From Candidatus Latescibacterota bacterium (GTDB taxonomy: Bacteria; Latescibacterota; UBA2968; SICM01): 64,000 bases of DNA. The translations under genes and the position numbers were made by a program. The notes under the pieces were generated by a model, which saw nothing but the letters and a program-made list of their open reading frames with translations, did not search any database and was not told the DNA's origin. The stretch spans positions 1,952,001 through 2,016,000 of the forward strand of contig CBDCJO010000002.1 in assembly GCA_965217865.1 (NCBI GenBank), written 5' to 3'. Below, piece after piece: positions 20,711 through 31,185 of the stretch (the first letter of the stretch is position 1; each line of letters opens with the position of its first letter).

Positions 20711-20903
20711 GGTCTATCCCCGCGTGTGCGGGGGAACCATTAGGCCAGGAATATCGTCAGTAACTCGCCCGCCTCTATCCCCGCGTGTGCGGGGGAACCT
20801 TCCACTGAGACCTCATCACCTTCGCATCGTAGGGTCTATCCCCGCGTGTGCGGGGGAACCTTGACAAAAAAGTAACCCGGGGATTTATCATGGGGTCTAT
20901 CCC
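20711..20903 (-). CRISPR. Type I-E mini CRISPR array: 3 repeats, 1 truncated repeat, 3 spacers of 33 nt
   Basis: GGTCTATCCCCGCGTGTGCGGGGGAACC at 20711, 20772 (CC variant) and 20833; partial GGTCTATCCC at 20894; 61-bp period. Confidence 0.93.
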
Positions 20904-21335
20904 AGGGCCGAGGCTCTTTCACGCGGCAACAGCAAGACCGAAGGTTTCACATCCCGCGTCGTGCCGGTGCCGGAAAGGGCAGTGTCGCTGTTTTCGTCGG
21001 TAACCGCCGCGACACTATCCAAGGCGCAGATGGATGAGATCAAAGGGTTCGACGCGGCGTTAAGGAACGCGCTTGCGTTGATGGCTGCGGGCGGTGAACG
21101 AGATGCTGTCAAGAAGGACCATTATGCTCATGCCGCCCCGGCGTGTACGCGATTCGACCGCGCCGCAGACCGGCTATTCTTCCCCAGCCTGTGGCGGCGA
21201 TTCACGGTTGATTCGCAAGGCGACGACGCGGTTTTCAAGGCCAAATACACCTTCCTCGACGATTTAATGAAAGCGGCACGGGCAGAGTTGAAAGCCGCCC
21301 TGCCCGCAATTCCCTGCACCGCCATTCACCGGCCG
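20904..21335 (+). pseudogene. casA: C-terminal fragment of Cse1/CasA (Cas8e)
   Basis: EALSRGNSKTEGFTSRVVPVP...LRNALA...FDRAADRLFFPSLW, recalled as a Cse1 C-terminus; abuts an I-E array. Confidence 0.7.
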
Positions 21336-21509
21336 GCTTTCCGCCTATCGGATCTGGCGGTTCATCCAGGTCAATCACGGCCTCGACTCCCAGGGCGCGC
21401 TGATCGAAACCAGCGGGCAAGGCGCGTAGATCCCCTCAAAGAGTGAAGGTTCTCAGGTGTCTCCAGTGTTTTGTCGGAAAGTCGAAGAAGGTGAGCATTC
21501 GATCCCAGT

Positions 21510-21877
21510 CTCGATCGGCCCTCATCCCCGAGGAGGGGCTTTGCCCGGGAAGCTACGGCCTGTCCGATCCGGCCGAATCCGTAAAGTCCAAGAGAAGACC
21601 CCTTCGCTTCATAGGTCCGTATGAGGGAGTAGTCGCCGCTGTGTGACATCCGGTTCAGGGTATATACCCGCTTCATCGTGGCCATCCACTGGGCGATGGC
21701 ATATTCGGCGACCGTATCCATGTGCTCCGAAGAGACGGTGACGATGACGCCGTGCTGCGTGGCCACGTCCAGGTTGACTTTTTCGTAACCGACCCCCCAG
21801 CGGGCAATGATTCTGAGGTCCTTCCCTTCCTCGTAAAATTCGGGGTGGATGAGCGCGGAGTTGGCGATTACCCCCAC
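21510..21877 (-). pseudogene. D-2-hydroxyacid dehydrogenase fragment
   Basis: IARWGVGYEKV, VAEY, GLYGFGRIG; truncated at both ends. Confidence 0.75.
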
Positions 21878-22139
21878 AACCCCTTTGGGCCATCTTACCT
21901 GTCAACTCGGTGTCGTATGGCTCCAGGTCGGCGAGCGTTTGGAGTTCGTCAAGGCCCTTTTGACGGTGCTCTGAGTCGAATCGGGGGTTTTTGAATACAA
22001 ACGTATACTACTAACGATCTTTGCTTGATTAACCGGACAACCCCCTTAAGCTCTGAATAATAATGCTTCAGGGTTGGTGTTAGTATTGCCGGGGTTAAGC
22101 CGCTTTGCTGAACCTGATCTCCGCTTCGATATTCCCTCA

Positions 22140-22285
22140 CCACCCTTTAAATTTGTTCCGTTTCTGGTGAAACCGATCATAAGCTCAACTCGTCCGGGAC
22201 GAACAGAAAGATCAGGACCCAGCAAGCCGCCAATCCGGATATGTTAATTATTGAATAAACCTTATGCCTGAGTTCGTATAGCGAC
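22140..22285 (-). pseudogene. MacB-type ABC permease N-terminal remnant
   Basis: RHKVYSIINISGLA...DELS/YDRFH, with frameshift and stops. Confidence 0.55.
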
Positions 22286-22297
22286 TGTGAGTGGTTC

Positions 22298-22993
22298 TTA
22301 AACACCAGCCCGGCCCTTTATACTCTCCGTCACGATATGTCCATCGAATAGATGAACTATGCGATGGGAATAATCCGCATAAGGTGGCGAGTGGGTTACC
22401 ATAACAATCGTGGTGCCTGCTTCATTCAGGCCGTTCAACAACCTCATAACTTCATCCCCGTGTGTGGAATCCAGATTGCCGGTAGGCTCGTCTGCAAGTA
22501 TCAGCTTAGGATTACCGACAATCGCCCTCGCCACGGCCACGCGCTGTTGCTGCCCCCCAGAGAGTTGCTGGGGGAAATGGTTGCTCCTAGGAGTAATCTG
22601 CATCTGCCCCAAGATCTCTTCTACTCGGTTCTTGCGTTCTTTTCCACGAACGCCTATATAAAGAAGGGGCAGTTCCACATTTTCATACACAGTCAACTCG
22701 TCGATCAGGTTGAAACTCTGGAATACAAAGCCGATGTTTCCCTTTCTCAAGTTCGCCCGCTGCCTCTCGGAGTATTTCGACACCTCCTCCCCCAAAAAGT
22801 AATGCTCCCCGTCCGTGGGATTATCGAGCATGCCCAGAAGGTTAAGCAGTGTTGATTTCCCGCACCCGGAGGGCCCCATGATCGCGACGTATTCCCCCTT
22901 ATTGACTTGGAAATTAACGTTGTTCAACGCCGTGGTCTCCACCTCTTCAGTGGTGTATATCTTCTTCAGATTGGTCGTTTTGATCATTTTCAT
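22298..22993 (-). CDS. ABC transporter ATP-binding protein (LolD/MacB-like)
   Basis: GPSGCGKS, LSGGQQQR, ADEPTGNLD. Confidence 0.95.
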   Translation of the reverse strand: MKMIKTTNLKKIYTTEEVETTALNNVNFQVNKGEYVAIMGPSGCGKSTLLNLLGMLDNPTDGEHYFLGEEVSKYSERQRANLRKGNIGFVFQSFNLIDELTVYENVELPLLYIGVRGKERKNRVEEILGQMQITPRSNHFPQQLSGGQQQRVAVARAIVGNPKLILADEPTGNLDSTHGDEVMRLLNGLNEAGTTIVMVTHSPPYADYSHRIVHLFDGHIVTESIKGRAGV

Positions 22994-23007
22994 TTCCCCT
23001 TCTCCTG

Positions 23008-23735
23008 TTACATATTCTTCTTCAGAATCAGCTCATCCATATCCCCGAACCCTTCATAGTTCGACGTAATCACCTTCTCCCCTGGCTCCAATCCTTCGAG
23101 CACCTCGAAAACGTGAGGGTTCTGTCTGCCCAGTCGAATCTGTCTTTTAAAAGCAGATGTGCCTGTTTCATTCAGTACATAAGCCCAGCGGCCACCGGTC
23201 TCCTGGTAGAAACCGCCTCTGGCCAATAGAACCGCTTCCGAAAGGTCACCTAACTCAAGCCTGATCTGGAACGTTTGTCCGCGTCTGATTCCTTCCGGTT
23301 CCGCACCATCAAATTCCATGTCCACGTCGAACCTTCCATCTCGCACCTCTGGATAGATCTTCTTTACAGAAAGCCTGTACGTTTTTTCTGAGAAGTTAAA
23401 TTCTCCGATCTGCCCGACGTCGATTCGAGTGATATAGTATTCATCAATCGCCACACCGACTTTGAATCCCTCCAGGACATCGATATGTCCCAAGCGCTCT
23501 CTGGGAGACTTCGATTGGCCGATCTCCGCGTCCAATGAGGTTAGCTGACCCGATATGGGGGCTTTAATGAGAAGATTATCTATGTTATTCTTAACTATCT
23601 CCAGGTTAGCCTCCATCCGCTTCACGGCGGCCGCCAGCTGTTCAAGCTGGATCTTCCGGAGAAGTGAATCCTGTTTCTGAGTTTCGAGGGTTAATTCCCT
23701 GAGGTTCAAGAAATATTCATACTCGTCCTTTACTT
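23008..23735 (-). pseudogene. Efflux periplasmic adaptor subunit, 5'-truncated
   Basis: IKAPISGQL, IYPEV, EVLEGLEPGEKVITS; lacks the N-terminal half. Confidence 0.8.
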
Positions 23736-23737
23736 CA

Positions 23738-24318
23738 TCATATTCCTAATGCGAATTCCTTAGACAACTGTAGAACAATGCGACAAACCGTCGCTCCCAG
23801 AACCTTACGGATGCCAATTTCTTTGATTCGCTGGTTCGTCGTGAAGGATACTAGACCAAACAAACCCAAACTTGCCTCAAAAATGGCAAAAAGAGTAAAA
23901 AGGCCGAACATTTTGCCCAGGCGGTATTCAGCCCGATGGAGTTTATCAAAAACATCATTTAAAAAGGAATATTCAAACGGCACGTTCGGGGCAAATTCCT
24001 GCCACCGCTCTTTCAGATACGCCAGTGTACCAAAAACATCACTAGGGGCAATCCGAATTGAACAATAGTCGGTCCAACCACCACCAGCCATAATCACTAG
24101 AGGCTCAATTTCATGATGAAGGGACCGATAATGAAAATCCCTGACAAGACCAACAACATCCCCTACAACTTCAATCTTCAGACCACCATCCTCTGGATAA
24201 ACACTTTGGAGCTCTTTGCCAGCAAACGAGACCCATCCCAATTTTCGCATAGCGGACTCATTGAGGATAAGTTCCGCCTTGCTATCACTCGATAGACTCT
24301 TTGAAAAGAACTGTCCCT
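23738..24318 (-). pseudogene. ABC permease (FtsX domain) internal fragment, interrupted by the IS
   Basis: VGLVRDFHYRSLH, LGLFGL, KEIGIRKVLGA. Confidence 0.8.
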
Positions 24319-24321
24319 CTA

Positions 24322-25849
24322 ACAGCCCGTTGAAGAACTACCTTTCAACGCACATAAACGGAAAAGACGCCTGGAGTGCGGGTCAGATAAATCAAGGTAA
24401 GGAGATTGAGCAGGAGACGCTGATAAGAGGTTAAAAAGGTGACCGAGGGCAGCAAACGTGATTGTAGGACGAGCAGTAGACGCTGCAAGGCCTTGGCCAG
24501 GTCCTGGAGGGCCTTCGGAGTACCTACGCCCATCACTTTGCGCATGAGCAGAGCCAGGTTGCAGCCCCCGATGTGGATCAGCAAACGCTTGAGGATATTG
24601 CCGCGGTCTCTCAAGTGCAACCTGCGCATGCCACCGGTATCATATGTGTGAGCGATGGTTCTTTCCACCCGTTCTGCACGACTTCGGCGCAAGGCCTTGC
24701 CGCGATCTCCCTTGATCCGGCGTCGATTCGCATATACCGCGGCCTGCTCATCTCGTCGGCCGTTCCACTTGCGGCGTCCCCGATCCGGTTCTGAAATGTA
24801 ACTCCGGATGCCGCCTTGCTTCAGACTGGTCAATACATCGTTGCTATGATATCCTTTGTCCGCAACCACCTCCCGTATACGCTGTCTGTGCAAACGTTTG
24901 GCAGCTTTTTCGTCCTTCGCGACCTGCTTGAGATTGAGCTGCGCCTCGAGCAGCGTCCAGGGCAACGACTCGGTATCTCCTTCATCTGCTCCCGACAACG
25001 CCACTGCCACAATGGCATTGGTGTCCAGATCCACCGCGTGCTCCACCTTGTGCGCCATGTGCGTGCGACCGTCCTTCATCTTAGCGATCTTGGCATCCGG
25101 GTCGTGCGGGTGCTCCCAGTCCTGGTTCGATCCCTTCTTCGGTCGCTTCTTATCGATCTTGGACAAGTCCTCGCGGGTAGGCGTTTCAATGCCCGAGGCC
25201 TTGGCCAGATTCTCAAGGAATGCCTGGTAGCCTTCACCCGTGTCACGGCGTACAATGCTGCGCATCGCGGCGTTGGCCTCCAGTGTCGTAGCATCCACGC
25301 CCAACGTCTTCCCCTTCACCAGACCCGCTTTGCACAAGACCCTCAGGATCCACTTGAAAACCGCTTCGTGAACTTCCAAGGGAAGCCGATGCCGGATGCG
25401 AGACAGGCTGGAATGATCCGGGGTCTGTTCGTCAAGGGCATACCCCAAAAACCGGCGCAACGTCAGCGAGTCAGATACACGCCATTCGATCCCACGTTCC
25501 GAATCAAGTCCCTCGAAATACCCAATCAAAAGCATCCGAAAATAAACCCCGGGCGGAATGCCCTTGCGACCCATATGAGGAGCGTAATACCGCTGGCAAA
25601 GCCCCTCGACGAACTCGTCGAAGCCGTTCGCCCCCAATACCTGATTCAGCTTCTCGTAGAACGGATGACCCGGAGATTTCACCAAAGTGTTCGATGCGAT
25701 GAACAGGTTTTCCTGTCTCTGTCGTCCTCGTTTTCCCATTGCCATTTGCTCGTCCTCCCTTCTCAGTTTGAACCTGATATATCATAGGACCAAACCACAA
25801 GGAAAGACAACAGTCATCTTGGCATAAACGCACTTTTTCAACAGGCTGC
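24322..25849 (-). mobile_element. IS1182/IS5-like insertion sequence, copy 2 (complete); transposase 24345..25745
   Basis: IRs CAGCCCGTTGAAGAACT / CAGCCTGTTGAAAAAGT, flanked by CTAA/CTAG. Confidence 0.93.
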
Positions 25850-25853
25850 TAGA

Positions 25854-27684
25854 CCTAAAATAAGCGAATAGGCTTGTTGAGCGGTGTGTTATACAAGATT
25901 TCGGAGCATTTCAGACTTGTGACTTGGTGGAGATGATGTCTGGGCTGTTTTTGTGATTGTTTCGGCATGCGATTGTCTAATTAACTGAGTTTGCGGACGT
26001 GTTTTAGCCGGGGTGGACGGACTTGTCCCTGTGATGTTACGACGACAGGTGCTGACATGGCAGTCAGGCCGGTTTGAGCCATCTGATTCTGTTCCAGGCC
26101 GGGAAGAAGTCAGTCATCCACCGGTTGTAGCCCAAGACACGATAGATGATCTGTCTTCCCCGGGTCACGATCTGGCAAGGGATCCAGATCAGATTCTGGA
26201 GGAAGGCGCGAAACTCCATTCTCAGAAGTTGATCGCGACGCTCACGCTTTCGGATCATCAACGCGAACCAGGCTTTGAGGTTCCACGCCAGGGCGGTCAT
26301 GACCATGTAAGCCCAGTTGCTCATCAGGTTGTCGACGGGCATCCGCATGGCGTTGACCCCGTTCTTGAGTTGTTCAATCACGTTTTCCTGATCGCACCGT
26401 CCATTGGCCAGCCTCACGATTTCCGCGGCCGTAAGATCTTTTCGGGTGGTAATGTAGAAGAAACAGCGCTTGTCATCGAACAGGGCGTTTTCGCCGCGTT
26501 CGACGCTCAGGTTCTTTTCGAGGATCACGAGTCGACAGGTCTTCCTGCATCGAGCAGGACGATACGAAACCCCGGCAACACGTTCACTGGCAAGTCGGAT
26601 GTTTTTGAAGCCGCGCTCCCGGATGATCCGGGCTTTCACGTTCTCGCGTTTCTGTCTCTGGGAGGTCTTGACCTGGTATTTGGGTTGTCGTTCAAAGGGC
26701 TCCCAATCGCTCTGTGACAGGGATTTGGCGATCTTGACCAATCCCCGGTAAGCATCCATGCCGAAGACGAAGTCGACCTTTTCCGACCAACGATCGAAGT
26801 GCCGGGTGAGTGAGAAGCCGGTGTCTCCGCGCAGGCAGATGCGTTTGGCGAAAGGGGCGACCAGCGCGATGGCGCGATCGATCCACTTTACGGCACCGTC
26901 GTGGCTGGGCACATTGCCGGGTCGATTCACAAGAAACAACACCTCCCTGGTGTTCGCCAGAGAGACCACGAGAGGATGGTATCCCCAGATACCGTTGTAT
27001 GACAGGGCCATGCCCTGCTTGCGTTCTCCGAGGGTGGTGGCCAGGGTGCCGTCGATGTCGATGAGGGCTTCTTTGAGTTCGCCCCTGGCGCGCTTTTTCC
27101 AGATCCGGGTGCGCACCCGGTTGATGCAATCCATCAACGTCTCGATATCCGATGGCCGGAAACGACGTGTAAAGTCGCCTGCTGTGGTCGGATCCGGGAG
27201 ACGCTGAGCGCCCAAAGCGTTCAGGAACGTGGCATCCTGCCGGCGCAGCTCAATGTCTTCAAGGCGTTGACCACCAACCAGCGCATTGTAGGCGATGTTC
27301 AGAACGTGGTCTGATTCGTGACAGGGCAAATGCACTTTCAAAAGATGAAGATGACGGTCAATCTCTTTCACCAGCCCAACCCTGCGGACCATGTGGTGAA
27401 ACGCGCCGATCCCCCCACACGTGATCGCCTCGGCCTTCCCACTTATCTCGTAGTGGATGTTTCCCCCAGACATCATAGGCTTGACCTGACTGCACCACTG
27501 CTTCCGACGCAAACGACGGACAATTCGTGCTTCCCTGTTCCGAAGAATCTTCCTGTATTCTCTCATCTGAAATGCCCCTTTTGATGGCCTCTTTTTGTCT
27601 TTCATACTACAACTATAGGCCTGAAAACTGGGGCATTTCAACTTTTTTCTACTAAAACCAAGAAAAATTCACGCTTGTATAGGG
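25854..27684 (-). mobile_element. IS1380-family insertion sequence; transposase 26064..27566
   Basis: PDPTTAGDFTRRF, IDIDGT, LRGDTGF, RCDQENVIEQLK, NWAYM; imperfect IRs CCTAAAATAAGCG / CCTATACAAGCG. Confidence 0.88.
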
Positions 27685-27830
27685 ACTAGAAACTAGACAA
27701 AGCCCTTTGTCCAAATGGCAGACTCATCTATTCAAGTATCAAGGTTAAAGCGAAATGTGGCCATCCCTGGCCGCCTCGTAGACCATTAGGGAAGGATAGC
27801 AATAGCAAGCCGTACCGGAGAGGAAGAGCC

Positions 27831-30062
27831 ATGGATCAGCATCACGAAAAACAGGAACAACTTCGAATACAAAGGTTAGAGATGCTCGCTGACGTCTGGG
27901 GCAGGATTTACCTTTTTCACCCGAGCATCGTGCGCAGCGAAATAAATATCGATTGGTACCGAACTCTGATCGAGGTTATTCCAAGGGTGGAAAATGCAGA
28001 AGATACGGAGGAATTAGTTGGGGTTTTGAACGATATTTTCCTCAAGCCCTTGAACGATCCATTTACGCTTGCGCTGAGATCCGAGGAAAGCAATTCGTCG
28101 GCGGAACATCGTACCCAGCAGAAATTGAGTTATAAGAGGCTGACAGATTCACTGGGTCATATTTCCATATCGAACCCAATGATCGCTGAAGATCCCAATA
28201 GCCTGAATGAGTTCCAGGAAGCTGTCAAGGACATGGAATCTGCTGAAGCACTCATACTGGATTTACGCTGCCACGGCAATATGCCCTTTTCCTCCTACTA
28301 TGATGTCTTCCTACACTTTTTCGTTGACGTACCGATTCACACTGGCTCACGTTTGTCACGTGTTCGTCAGGGTTGGAGCGAAACGGAAGGAGGCGGCGTT
28401 TATGATCAGAGATGGGATATTCAGAATGGCGTCGTTTTGGATCCGATCCAAAAGGTTGAGCGGTTGGCAAATCGACACACAAAAACAGAATTAGAGAAGT
28501 TGGTAACAGTCCGTAAGCCAACAGTTTTTATTGTGAACAATGCTTCCTGCTTTCATCTTTACCATAGTTTGGATGCATTGCAAGCAAAGCCTGAATTCGC
28601 CGTAATTTGGGAGAAGAAGGGGCGCTTGGCGACCTCTGGAATTGGCATGTTGAAATATCCTGAAGGCGTTGAGGTTTACCTGAATAGTGAACTCCTCATT
28701 TCTCACACTAATGAATTGGGCTTCAAGCCGGATTTCACCACGGAGGATCCAATCAGTGAAGTGGAGCTCCCCGAACTAGCAAGGCGGATTTTGGTAAATA
28801 AGAGCCAGAAGGCGAACTCAGAAGGATCACCGCTTTCTTATCAGATGCAGTTTCCATTGCCTGATTCGGTTTCTACAGAGCCTATTACGCGGGGAAAACG
28901 GCTTCTGGGCCTGTTCAAAATCTGGAACGTCCTCAAATACTTTTACCCGCATCTGGAATTTGTCGACATCGTCTGGGCAGAGATGCTGAAGGAATGGATC
29001 CCCAGAGTTGAATCCACCGAAAGCTTAAAAGACTATTATCTCTCCATCGAAAACCTGGCGGCAAAATTGAACGACAGCCATGTAAGGGTCTCGCACGAGA
29101 GTATACGAGGCCCTTCGAGTGGCTTCCTCCCAGTTCGATTGGCACGCGTGGAGGAAAAGGTAGTCGTAGTTGAAGTCAAGAGGGAGTCACCAGTGAAGCT
29201 TGGCGACGAAATCCTTGAAATGAACGGTAAAACCACACAGGAGATTGAAGATCTCTGGCGATCGCGAATCTCTGCTTCTACGAAGCAGGCATTTTATCGT
29301 GATGTTTACCGCTCATGTTTAGCCGGTGAGATAGATAAAGAGGTCAGATTGACTGTCAGACGAGAGGGCACTATAAAAACCATTTCCATCAAACGGCGGG
29401 GGTTTGACCCGCCAAAGGCAAGAGAGGGTTCCAAGCGCCTTCCACAGAAAATCGGCTACATCAACCTGGAAGTCATTTCCAACAATGAAGCCTTAGATGA
29501 GGCTTTTGACAATCTCAAAGATACCGATGGCTTAATTCTGGATGTGCGTGGCTATCCAAACCTTTTTGTTCAGGTTGAAGTAATAAGCCGCGTGTGTGAT
29601 CGTCCTGTCCGATCAATGATCTGGGAAATTCCACTTGTGAGAAATCCTGGTTGGCCCCTGGAATGGTTAGAGACCACTTGGTCAAAGGGACAGGCTCTTG
29701 TCGAACCCCATGAGAGAATGAACTATGCAAACCCTATTGTGGCTCTGATTGACGAACGCACACAGAGTAAGGCAGAAGATTTTTGTATTTACCTCACCAA
29801 TGCCAGGCGCGCCACATTCGTGGGTTCAGGCACAGCGGGTACGGATGGAGATGTGACGCTTCTCCAATTGCCAGAAGGTGGTGTTTTTCGGTTTACAGGA
29901 ATGAGAGTCCTATTTGATGATGGCAAACGCTTTCAAAATATCGGCATTGTCCCTGACGTGCAAGCCACGCCAACCGTTCAGGGCATAATTGAGGGGCGTG
30001 ATGAAGTCCTTGAAAAAGGAATCGAAGCGTTAAGGGAGTTGATTCAGAAAAATCTGAAATGA
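27831..30062 (+). CDS. S41 family peptidase
   Basis: PDZ-like region, IGYI, LILDVRGYP, TQSKAED, TAGTDG, GIVPDV. Confidence 0.88.
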   Translation: MDQHHEKQEQLRIQRLEMLADVWGRIYLFHPSIVRSEINIDWYRTLIEVIPRVENAEDTEELVGVLNDIFLKPLNDPFTLALRSEESNSSAEHRTQQKLSYKRLTDSLGHISISNPMIAEDPNSLNEFQEAVKDMESAEALILDLRCHGNMPFSSYYDVFLHFFVDVPIHTGSRLSRVRQGWSETEGGGVYDQRWDIQNGVVLDPIQKVERLANRHTKTELEKLVTVRKPTVFIVNNASCFHLYHSLDALQAKPEFAVIWEKKGRLATSGIGMLKYPEGVEVYLNSELLISHTNELGFKPDFTTEDPISEVELPELARRILVNKSQKANSEGSPLSYQMQFPLPDSVSTEPITRGKRLLGLFKIWNVLKYFYPHLEFVDIVWAEMLKEWIPRVESTESLKDYYLSIENLAAKLNDSHVRVSHESIRGPSSGFLPVRLARVEEKVVVVEVKRESPVKLGDEILEMNGKTTQEIEDLWRSRISASTKQAFYRDVYRSCLAGEIDKEVRLTVRREGTIKTISIKRRGFDPPKAREGSKRLPQKIGYINLEVISNNEALDEAFDNLKDTDGLILDVRGYPNLFVQVEVISRVCDRPVRSMIWEIPLVRNPGWPLEWLETTWSKGQALVEPHERMNYANPIVALIDERTQSKAEDFCIYLTNARRATFVGSGTAGTDGDVTLLQLPEGGVFRFTGMRVLFDDGKRFQNIGIVPDVQATPTVQGIIEGRDEVLEKGIEALRELIQKNLK

Positions 30063-30210
30063 CAGAAACCATTAGTAGAAGATTACCAGAAGCACCATCA
30101 CCGAATTCACCGAAGTTTACAACGAAACCGCTCACCCTTTCGAGTGGAAAGCCACAGAAATCCGGCCGAAAACCCTCAAGAGTAAATACACTGATTTATG
30201 CAATTAAGTA

Positions 30211-30311
30211 CTAGTACCAACCTGCGGAAATTCGCGCAATCTGATTTCGCAAGCAAAAACAGGATGTTAAGGGCGGATTCGCACGCAGAAACTTGCGCAG
30301 CTAAGTACTAG
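30211..30311. mobile_element. ~100 bp MITE-like element
   Basis: Imperfect terminal IRs CTAGTACCAACCTGCGGAAATT / CTAGTACTTAGCTGCGCAAGTT. Confidence 0.5.
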
Positions 30312-30583
30312 AAAGGATCTCCACGGAGGTAGGTGGCCGGCATCGAGATGGGCAGATTTTCCTCCCAAGTGCATTCAAGAGCTACGTAACGTCACGGCCC
30401 CGTTGGAAAGGTTGTTCGATGGGAGGGATGAGACGATCGCCTCATAACGATGCGCATTCAGGGTGTTATACTTGAAGAGGGAAGACAAAGAGGTAATGTA
30501 GTCCTCGCTGTATTTTGAGGGCTGATTTCAAACCGTCACAAGCAAATGACAGCATATTTTGTAATAAGACCTGGAGCCAAAAC

Positions 30584-30764
30584 CTGGATAGCTTGATGTT
30601 ACCGTCAAAGGGGAGTTCGTCTTAAAATCGATTTCTCCTATAGCAAGAAATCTACGAACATATTCGGGTTACTTCCTCGTGGGGTGGTATCTGCGAAGTG
30701 CGGGAGATATACTGAATATGGTGGAATCTGCGTAATGGTTCGGGGATTCCGTAAGTTATGCGCC
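30584..30764 (+). promoter_or_regulatory. attI-like leader A (ends at core site GTTATGC, 30755-30761)
   Basis: Homologous to the reverse complement of 38088-38265; homology ends at GTTRRRY-like core. Confidence 0.7.
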
Positions 30765-30791
30765 AGTTCTCATCAAGATAAACAACTGACT

Positions 30792-31169
30792 ATGGAATCC
30801 GAGACACGTCTTCGTGCGATTCTACGGTTTGTAAAACGTGTCGCTCTATTTGAGGTCGCTCTGCTCGCGCTGCTTGGCTTTGTATGTTGGGCCGCAGGAT
30901 GGAACTCTCTGAACCAATACAGTGCCGTTGTCTTTTGGGTAGGGATTCTAATTTTCATCATCGGAACATTGGGCGTCACAGGTAGGTTGGGCGCGACTGG
31001 TGACTTCAAGTATCAGTATAGTCAAACTGCAAGCCACCAGAGTTCAACCGAGAGAGCCCAGCAGGACGTGGCGGATCAAATTCATAGCGGGAGGGCACAT
31101 GCAGTCATATTTACTGTCGGGACTCTCGCCGTCATAGTTGGCTCAGTGATTCCACTAATTGCTGGGTGA
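30792..31169 (+). CDS. Cassette-borne membrane protein (three TM segments)
   Basis: Single ORF between GTTATGCGCC (30755) and its complement GGCGCATAAC (31183-31192). Confidence 0.7.
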   Translation: MESETRLRAILRFVKRVALFEVALLALLGFVCWAAGWNSLNQYSAVVFWVGILIFIIGTLGVTGRLGATGDFKYQYSQTASHQSSTERAQQDVADQIHSGRAHAVIFTVGTLAVIVGSVIPLIAG

Positions 31170-31185
31170 ACAGAGGGGAACCGGC

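Noticed and set aside
22060-22110. GTTAGTA/GTTAAGC as a further attC
   Set aside because: No convincing paired RYYYAAC box and stem; the context is an ABC permease remnant
27690-30062. S41 peptidase as an integron cassette
   Set aside because: No complementary core sites found at its ends; it lies upstream of leader A
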